DNA of 64,000 nucleotides, taken from the NCBI GenBank assembly GCA_964418775.1, contig CAYQNA010000001.1:446-64445 (forward strand), written 5' to 3'. The notes beneath the pieces were generated by a model that worked only from the letters and a program-made list of their open reading frames with translations, was not told the origin of the DNA and did no database searches. Numbering within the stretch: the first letter of the stretch is position 1; every line of letters begins with the position of its first letter. The position numbers were made by a program, and so were the translations under genes. This DNA comes from an uncultured Gammaproteobacteria bacterium (GTDB taxonomy: Bacteria; Patescibacteriota; Patescibacteriia; Magasanikbacterales; UBA922). This document shows, one piece after another, positions 58,086 to 64,000 of this stretch.

Positions 58086-58698
58086 ATGATTGTGGCGAAG
58101 TGATCATTTTTCCGTCTAGGAAGAATGTTGGGGTACCTTTCACGCCCGATTGAGTGCCCGACTGGTAGTCGGCGTCAATTTTAGTGCTGACTTCTTTGGA
58201 GCTCATGTCAGCTTTAAATTGCTCGGTGTTCAAGCCGAGTGAGCGCGCGTATTCTTCGAACTTGCTTTTTGGACTACGTAAACTACTCCAGTCATTTTGG
58301 GTGTTGAATAACATATCGTGCATTTCCCAGAATTTACCCTGTTTGTTGGCAGCTTCGGCCGCTTCGGCAGCGGCCTGGGCGTTCGGATGGATACTGCGGA
58401 GTGGATAGTGTCGGTACACAAGACGAACTTTATCAGGATTTTCTTTTACCAGTTGTTGGATCATTGGTTGGTAGGCCTTGCAAGCTGGACACTGGAAGTC
58501 GCTGTATTCAACCAACGTGTGTGGAGCTTCGGGTCCGCCTTTGGTGCGGTCGCTGTTGGTAACAGCGGTATTTAAAGCTGTGCCTGCGCCTGGGTTTGGG
58601 GCGGTTTGCGTGCCTAATTTTGCTAAACCATATAACATACCTACGATGGCAAGACCGAAAACTGACCAAATAATTGCGCTGCGAACTGTTGGAGACAT
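58054..58698 (-). CDS. DsbA-like thioredoxin-fold protein
   Basis: N-terminal TM anchor and a CPAC active site (DFQCPACKAY). Confidence 0.7.
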   Translation of the reverse strand: MSPTVRSAIIWSVFGLAIVGMLYGLAKLGTQTAPNPGAGTALNTAVTNSDRTKGGPEAPHTLVEYSDFQCPACKAYQPMIQQLVKENPDKVRLVYRHYPLRSIHPNAQAAAEAAEAANKQGKFWEMHDMLFNTQNDWSSLRSPKSKFEEYARSLGLNTEQFKADMSSKEVSTKIDADYQSGTQSGVKGTPTFFLDGKMITSPQSYEEFKALVSK

Positions 58699-58722
58699 AG
58701 GAAAACGATAAAGATAAAGATA

Positions 58723-59994
58723 TTATACCCGATTACGCTCCAGCACGACCAGGCCTTCGATGTGGGGGGTGCGAGGAAAAAAGTTGTATAACTTAATAAA
58801 TACGGGGTGGTACGCCTCGGACAGACGCTGCACGTCGCGAGCCTGTGTGGCTAGGTCGCATGCTAAGTATACAATCTTGGGCGGCAATTTATTCAGGAGT
58901 TGGAGAGTGACCTTGTCGTGGAGGCCGGCGCGAGGGGGGTCAACAATAACTGTGGCCTCGCCATCAATGAGTTCAGTCATTTTTTCGGCAGGCATACAAT
59001 GAGCCTCGGCATTGGTTAGACCGTTGAGGACGATATTTTCGGTTGCGTATGCAGCGGCCTCTTCGTTACTTTCGACCAAAATTGTGCGTGGACGATTTTT
59101 GGCGAGCGGCAAAGAAATCGCACCCACACCAGAGTAAAAATCAAGGACTGGTTGATCTGGACCAATGAATGCTGCAATATCTTTGACTGCCTGCGTAAAA
59201 ATTGGAATATTAATTTGGAAAAAACTAAGCAAACCAAATTTTAGTTTGGTACCCAAAATATCGGCAATTAAATAATCCTGGCCAGTGGAGTAGAGGAGTG
59301 CTGTCGGAACCGAAGCCGGACTTTTGTGCGTGGAATAATACAAGTGGAAGCCAAGTAATTTGGCGTCAGTTGTGGGGTGGTGGCTGAATTCAAGCCGATC
59401 TTTAATAAATAATGCCGCAATTGCTTGGTCAGCGCCATTACTGCGAATTATCAAGGACTTTAGACTGCGCAACGGAATTTTAACTTCGTTCACCCAAGCC
59501 AGGATTTGGGCCGCCACTTCATTAATAACTGGTTCGGCTAGCAATGAACCGCTCACGGCGTGGCGCACTTTGGTGCCGCGCCCAAAAAAAGCGAGTGACA
59601 TTTGTCCGTTGGCTTCGCAAAAACTAAATTCAATTTTGTTGCGGTAGCCAAAAGCATTGGCAGGATCAGAGATAATTTTGGGTGGCTCTGATTGCAAAAT
59701 TAAACCACCGTTGCGACCATATGTTTCTACAGCAATCGTTTGCTTTAGTCCATCTTCGGCTTCTGGTTTAACGATTTGCCAAGGGCTCGAGGACAGAAAA
59801 AATGGCTCTTGGGGCTCAATGCGGTCAGGAGAAGGGGTAACAATTTTGGTGGCTACAGCTTCGGCAATACCTTTGCGCTTGGATAAATACTGCACCTCGA
59901 CCTCTTCGCCCGGTAGAGCGTTCCAGACAAATACAGTCAGGTCTTCGGTGTGGGCCAAACCTTGGCCACCGTTCACAATTTTTTCGATTTTCAT
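58723..59994 (-). CDS. TRAM-domain RNA (uracil-C5)-methyltransferase of the RlmD/TrmA family
   Basis: N-terminal TRAM β-barrel and a C-terminal MTase with motif DPPRAGL. No Fe-S cysteine cluster is visible. Confidence 0.7.
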   Translation of the reverse strand: MKIEKIVNGGQGLAHTEDLTVFVWNALPGEEVEVQYLSKRKGIAEAVATKIVTPSPDRIEPQEPFFLSSSPWQIVKPEAEDGLKQTIAVETYGRNGGLILQSEPPKIISDPANAFGYRNKIEFSFCEANGQMSLAFFGRGTKVRHAVSGSLLAEPVINEVAAQILAWVNEVKIPLRSLKSLIIRSNGADQAIAALFIKDRLEFSHHPTTDAKLLGFHLYYSTHKSPASVPTALLYSTGQDYLIADILGTKLKFGLLSFFQINIPIFTQAVKDIAAFIGPDQPVLDFYSGVGAISLPLAKNRPRTILVESNEEAAAYATENIVLNGLTNAEAHCMPAEKMTELIDGEATVIVDPPRAGLHDKVTLQLLNKLPPKIVYLACDLATQARDVQRLSEAYHPVFIKLYNFFPRTPHIEGLVVLERNRV

Positions 59995-59995
59995 G

Positions 59996-61759
59996 TTAGT
60001 CGATAAAGAAAAGAGGTACTTGCAAGTTTTTAATTTCTTCTAAGCGGTAGTCCAAAACTTTGCGTCCTACAAAAATGGCGGTTACAGCGCTGTGCTCTTT
60101 TGATAATGCATCAATGCTGTGTTGCAAGAAGCCTGTACGACTGACATATTCGAACGAAATTGAGTCCAAACCAGCCGTTTCACGTTCTTGGTTGATTTGA
60201 ATAAATACTCGGTTGGCCTCGGTGCCAATTTCTTCGGCCAGATCAGCGGTGTACTTATTTTCAAGACAGTGGAGAAGGACCACCCGTTGAATGTGGTGCT
60301 TGTCAGCCCATTCAACTACGCGAGGTAAACGGCTAATGTATGAATTACCGCGTGAACCAAGAACTATAAAAGGAGTCTCACCTTTGTCTAAGTCAAGTGT
60401 TGTCTTATCCGTGATTGGTTCAGCCACAGCGAGCCAGCGAGCAAGCAAAGGAGTTAATGGTGGTTCAATAACAAGGGTAAGCAAGATAACCCACATCCCA
60501 ACTGGAATCAGGGCTTCCATTCCGGGTAAGCCAAGACTGGCAATGGTCACTAACAACACTGCGGGGATGGCACCAGTTTCGCGTACAAACGAGATGAACA
60601 AAATTTCCCGTATACTCAGGGGGGATTTGCTCCAACGGAATGCGAATAAACTAACAAACACGGAGAGTGGGCGAATGATAAACATGAAGACTAGTGCTGT
60701 CGCAATGCCAATTCCGGCGTATTGAAGTAATGCTTGTGTGTCAACCAAAGCTCCGAGGAGCAAAAAGATAATTGGCTTTAGGAAGCCTTCAATTGTGTGG
60801 TTAAAAAAACGTTCGGTGGTATGTAAATGTTTAGTCAACATGTACAATAGGCCAGCCACAAATGCGGCCAGGTATCCACTACCGCCAAACGGAACAGCAA
60901 TAGTAAAAATAATAATTGGCACAAACAAAAAGAAGGCTGCGTCTGCTTCGTATTCAGCTTGGTGGTGTTCTTTGAGTTTAGTTAATCCGTAGAGCAAACC
61001 AAAACCAATCAAGCCACAGAGGACGCCAAAGAAAATCTGTTTACCTAAAATTGTTAAGCTGCTGGTTGTAAGTAAAGCCGCATACCAATCAGATACTTTG
61101 GAAAATGTTTGACCAGCTGTGATAAGGCTTAAAAAAGCCACTGTTACCAGGGTACCAGTGACATCGGTTAAGGCGCTTTCGGACACAATGATATCTTTGG
61201 TGTCACGATTCTTAAACCGGAGTCCTTTTAGAATTGGGATAATTGCGGCCGGGTCAGTTGAAGCGAGAACTGCCCCCAATAAGATTGCAGCAGTCAAAGA
61301 AACAGCTGTGCCAAAAATCGGCGTGAGCCAGGTAATAGTTAGGGTGAATAAAAACGCGGTGATTATTAGACCAGGGAACGAAAGGCTGAGAATTTTACCG
61401 AGTAATTTTTTGAAGTTCTGGAATGGCGTCTCTAAGCCGCCGCTAAATAAAATCAGGGTTGCACCAAACGCAACCAGGTCACCCAGGACAATTTCGTTTT
61501 GAGTAATTGGCTGTAGAAGTGGTTTGGCTGCTAAACCAAAAAAGATTGCCACCACAAATGGGGGTAAAACCGTCCCTTGTGATAAGTGGAATACAACAAA
61601 ACTGAGTGCGGCTAGGGCAGCAAACGAGAAGAATGCTAGTAGTAGGCCAGCTTCAGACCCGTGGTTTAGTAAGTGGATTAATTCTGGGGCAAAGTGGGCA
61701 ATTCCTAGTGTAACGGCTAGTGCAGCCCCAAGTTGGAGGTAGGCAAGATATTTTTTCAT
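59996..61759 (-). CDS. Cation:proton antiporter (Na+/H+ exchanger family) fused to a C-terminal universal-stress-protein-like domain
   Basis: 12-13 TM transporter core plus a Usp-like α/β tail. The ATG at 61759 is preferred. Confidence 0.6.
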   Translation of the reverse strand: MKKYLAYLQLGAALAVTLGIAHFAPELIHLLNHGSEAGLLLAFFSFAALAALSFVVFHLSQGTVLPPFVVAIFFGLAAKPLLQPITQNEIVLGDLVAFGATLILFSGGLETPFQNFKKLLGKILSLSFPGLIITAFLFTLTITWLTPIFGTAVSLTAAILLGAVLASTDPAAIIPILKGLRFKNRDTKDIIVSESALTDVTGTLVTVAFLSLITAGQTFSKVSDWYAALLTTSSLTILGKQIFFGVLCGLIGFGLLYGLTKLKEHHQAEYEADAAFFLFVPIIIFTIAVPFGGSGYLAAFVAGLLYMLTKHLHTTERFFNHTIEGFLKPIIFLLLGALVDTQALLQYAGIGIATALVFMFIIRPLSVFVSLFAFRWSKSPLSIREILFISFVRETGAIPAVLLVTIASLGLPGMEALIPVGMWVILLTLVIEPPLTPLLARWLAVAEPITDKTTLDLDKGETPFIVLGSRGNSYISRLPRVVEWADKHHIQRVVLLHCLENKYTADLAEEIGTEANRVFIQINQERETAGLDSISFEYVSRTGFLQHSIDALSKEHSAVTAIFVGRKVLDYRLEEIKNLQVPLFFID

Positions 61760-61823
61760 AAAAATACAGTAAAGCCGAGATACTGTAGCCCTTTTAGTGA
61801 ATAAAATCAAGCCTTTTAATCAT

Positions 61824-62657
61824 CTACCCACGGTTGGTGGACAGGGAGTAACGCTGACCCTTTTTGACCACAAAGCCTTCGGTTAAGAGGGTTTTTAAAA
61901 TCTCGGTAAAATCAGGTGGTTTAAGGGGTGATAGTTTTTCTAATCGAGCAAAAAGTGACGCTTTATTTAAGGGTTCTTGTGCCAAGGCACGGATAATGGC
62001 ACCACGCACCTGGCGTTTGGAGCCAATGAATTTACTTTGCTTTACGTGGTGTTTACTGGCGCGGCTGGGGTTTGGATTATTTTTTTTAAGGTGTACACCC
62101 CAATCCATTAACGCCCAATACCATTCACGCGCGTTGTCTGGTGGTAACGAAGCGGTAATTAAGGGCATTAAGTCACTATCAGGGACATCGGTTTGGTTGG
62201 GGAAAAAATGGTGTAGAAAAACACTGCGAATATTGGTTTCGATGAAGACGGTCGGAAGGTTAAAGGCAAAGGCAGCGACCGAACCAGCAGTATTTTTGCC
62301 AATACCAGGAAGTTTAACTAATTCCTCCGGGTCGCGGGGCAATGTGCCCTGGTAATCAGCAACGACAGTTTGCGCTAAGGCGCGCAAAAATAAGGCGCGG
62401 CGGTTGTAGCCTAGACCTTGCCAGGCTCGAATTACATCAGCGGGTGTGCTGGCCGCCAAAGTTTTGAAATCAGGAAAACGCTTAAGAAATTCAGGGAATT
62501 TTTCGGCCACGCGAGCGGTTTGAGTTTGTTGTAGCATGATTTCGGACACCACAATCTTGTACGGATCATGCGTGCGTCGCCAGGCAAAATCACGTCCATT
62601 GGTGCGGTAAAAATCCCACACCTGTTTTTGAAAATCCTTAATTTTTTTGGCACTCAT
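61824..62657 (-). CDS. HhH-GPD base-excision DNA glycosylase (MutY/Nth-like) lacking the Fe-S cluster loop
   Basis: HhH motif LPGIGKNTAGSVAAFAF and a catalytic Asp region. The C-terminus has no Cys-x6-Cys-x2-Cys-x5-Cys. Confidence 0.6.
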   Translation of the reverse strand: MSAKKIKDFQKQVWDFYRTNGRDFAWRRTHDPYKIVVSEIMLQQTQTARVAEKFPEFLKRFPDFKTLAASTPADVIRAWQGLGYNRRALFLRALAQTVVADYQGTLPRDPEELVKLPGIGKNTAGSVAAFAFNLPTVFIETNIRSVFLHHFFPNQTDVPDSDLMPLITASLPPDNAREWYWALMDWGVHLKKNNPNPSRASKHHVKQSKFIGSKRQVRGAIIRALAQEPLNKASLFARLEKLSPLKPPDFTEILKTLLTEGFVVKKGQRYSLSTNRG

Positions 62658-63370
62658 AAATCCAAATAATACCGACGTTGTTCTGGAGTCATTTTTTCAA
62701 TCGCATAACGCAGGGTGGTGCGGGGTAGGGTGGTGGTATGTTTATCTAAAAATTTCACTAATGCACCTGGGTTGCGTTTGCCCATTTCGCGCAACATCCA
62801 GCCGACCGCTTTGTGCATCAAATCGTGGGGGTCATTTTTTAGTTGGGCCGCGAGTTGCAGTATCTCGGTGGATTGATCATGTCTAATCAACATCCAAGTT
62901 GATACTACAGCAATACGGCGTTCCCACACGTTTTTTGATGCGGCCCATGTTTTAAGATGTGCTTTTTCGGTCGGATGAGATAATAAGTATGTGCCGACAA
63001 TGTATGGTGCGGAGGCGTCTACTAAATCCCAATTGTTAATGTGGCGACGTTTGCTTAAATAAAATCGGTATAATTTTGTTTGAGTTGGTGCGTCTGCTTT
63101 GGCAAATTCTAATACCAAAATATGTAGAGCAGTTAAACGGTGTTCGTGTATCTTGCTTCGTAGCAAGGTGGCTATTTCGGTTAGGGGTAACTGTCTAAAT
63201 TGTTTAGCAATCGCCCGCTGTTTAGGCACGGTCACACCAATAAAAAGATCGCCCTCGCCATATTGTCCTGGTCCGGTTTTGAAAAACCACTGGTAAGTTT
63301 TGGCGCGGGCTGGCTCGGCTTGGGCCTGTAGTGCGGCGATAACGTTTGTGGCGGTCATACACGGAGCCAT
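62654..63370 (-). CDS. DNA alkylation repair protein (AlkD/AlkC HEAT-like repeat family)
   Basis: HEAT-like repeat protein with the typical N-terminus (…AKTYQWFFKTGPGQYGEGDLFIGV…). Confidence 0.6.
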   Translation of the reverse strand: MAPCMTATNVIAALQAQAEPARAKTYQWFFKTGPGQYGEGDLFIGVTVPKQRAIAKQFRQLPLTEIATLLRSKIHEHRLTALHILVLEFAKADAPTQTKLYRFYLSKRRHINNWDLVDASAPYIVGTYLLSHPTEKAHLKTWAASKNVWERRIAVVSTWMLIRHDQSTEILQLAAQLKNDPHDLMHKAVGWMLREMGKRNPGALVKFLDKHTTTLPRTTLRYAIEKMTPEQRRYYLDL

Positions 63371-63744
63371 TCGTACGGGTCAAGTTCAGACCAACTCATG
63401 TGCATCTGCGAGCGCACGTGGGTTTGCCCAAACACGGGAATTTGGGGAAAAATATGAATCATCGGTTTCATTGGCAGGGGATAATGTAGTAGTGGCAAAG
63501 TGGGCGCATTTGGGGCCGTGCGTAATTCAGACCAAAATCCGATCACATTGCCAGCCATGTCGCGCAGTAAACCGTCTAAACACCAACCGCGGTGATTTCC
63601 CCGAAGGTCAAACACATCGGCTTCGCGAATATATCCGTAGACATTGCCATCCGGTGTGATAAGACGAAAATTTTCGTCATCCATCCAAAAGATGATTCGA
63701 CCGTGGCGATCGGCAAAGGTAACCATATTAACTAAGCCATTCAA
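63355..63744 (-). CDS. Repeat protein with β-flower-like D-L-x-G-x-H-x-G-W modules (hypothetical)
   Basis: Repeated ~20-aa modules (…DLRGNHRGWCLDGLLRDMAGNVIGFW…) and a C-terminus paralogous to the next gene (…HM.WS…P.EWL). Confidence 0.35.
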   Translation of the reverse strand: MNGLVNMVTFADRHGRIIFWMDDENFRLITPDGNVYGYIREADVFDLRGNHRGWCLDGLLRDMAGNVIGFWSELRTAPNAPTLPLLHYPLPMKPMIHIFPQIPVFGQTHVRSQMHMSWSELDPYEWLRV

Positions 63745-64000
63745 GAGGGTTGATTGGGGACCATTCCATGTGGAATTGGGGCTGAATATGAGTCATGCCA
63801 CGAGCGGGTAGGGTAGGACTGACTTCGCTCACTGGTGTGTTTTGAGTAGTAAAGAACGGCAGTGGTAACATCGGGCAACTCGGTGGAATACCAACTGTAC
63901 CAGACCAAAAGGCCACCACTCGGCCGTTAAGATCGCGCATCAAGCCATCGATATTCCAACCCTTGTGTTCGCCGCGTAGGTCGTAGACATATTGCCCCTC
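63728..64000 (-). CDS. Paralogue of the β-flower-like repeat protein, truncated by the window edge
   Basis: The frame stays open through base 64000 (…YVYDLRGEHKGWNIDGLMRDLNGRVVAFW…). The ORF-track Met at 63943 is internal. Confidence 0.35.
   Translation of the reverse strand, partial: EGQYVYDLRGEHKGWNIDGLMRDLNGRVVAFWSGTVGIPPSCPMLPLPFFTTQNTPVSEVSPTLPARGMTHIQPQFHMEWSPINPLEWLS

Noticed and set aside
1-64000. CRISPR arrays, transposases/integrases, rRNA genes
   Set aside because: No spacer-repeat arrays, no DDE/tyrosine-recombinase-like ORFs and no rRNA-like conserved stretches were seen anywhere in the window.

Overview
This 64-kb window is gene-dense: about 60 protein-coding genes on both strands and seven tRNAs (Ala-TGC/Phe-GAA/Pro-TGG cluster, Gly-GCC, an initiator-like Met-CAT, Trp-CCA, Leu-TAA). 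No rRNA, CRISPR array or recognisable transposase was seen. Gene content suggests a small-genome, Patescibacteria/CPR-like bacterium, though that is an inference. It combines housekeeping genes (a 5'-truncated PBP1A, lspA, efp, ruvB, B12-dependent class II RNR nrdJ, uppS, transketolase, a DEAD-box helicase, a PduO-type cobalamin adenosyltransferase) with many small DUF-type membrane proteins (DUF1761, DUF1294, DUF2177, DUF1295, DUF2975, bPH), large LTD/PKD and Fn3/PG-binding surface proteins, and a VKOR+DsbA disulfide pair. Several blocks look like accessory material. The most interesting is an AT-rich three-gene cassette at 23.2-25.3 kb: a GHKL-type ATPase/kinase with a basic N-terminus, a STAS-like (DUF4325-like) small protein, and a 2-TM coiled-coil membrane protein. 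It has its own promoter and terminator and resembles a partner-switching module wired to a membrane effector, which makes it a candidate novel signalling or defence system. Other notable items are two high-GC, GC3-biased mini-genes (a 103-aa ORF at 36.7 kb and a 28-aa hydrophobic peptide at 15.6 kb) that look horizontally acquired; GC-rich structured non-coding elements (8.0-8.2 kb, 18.0-18.4 kb, and the 360-nt leader of an acetolactate-synthase-like TPP enzyme ending in a terminator-like hairpin); orphan proteins beside tRNA genes; a degenerate 'SGDEF' diguanylate cyclase; and tandem β-flower-like paralogues at the 3' edge.
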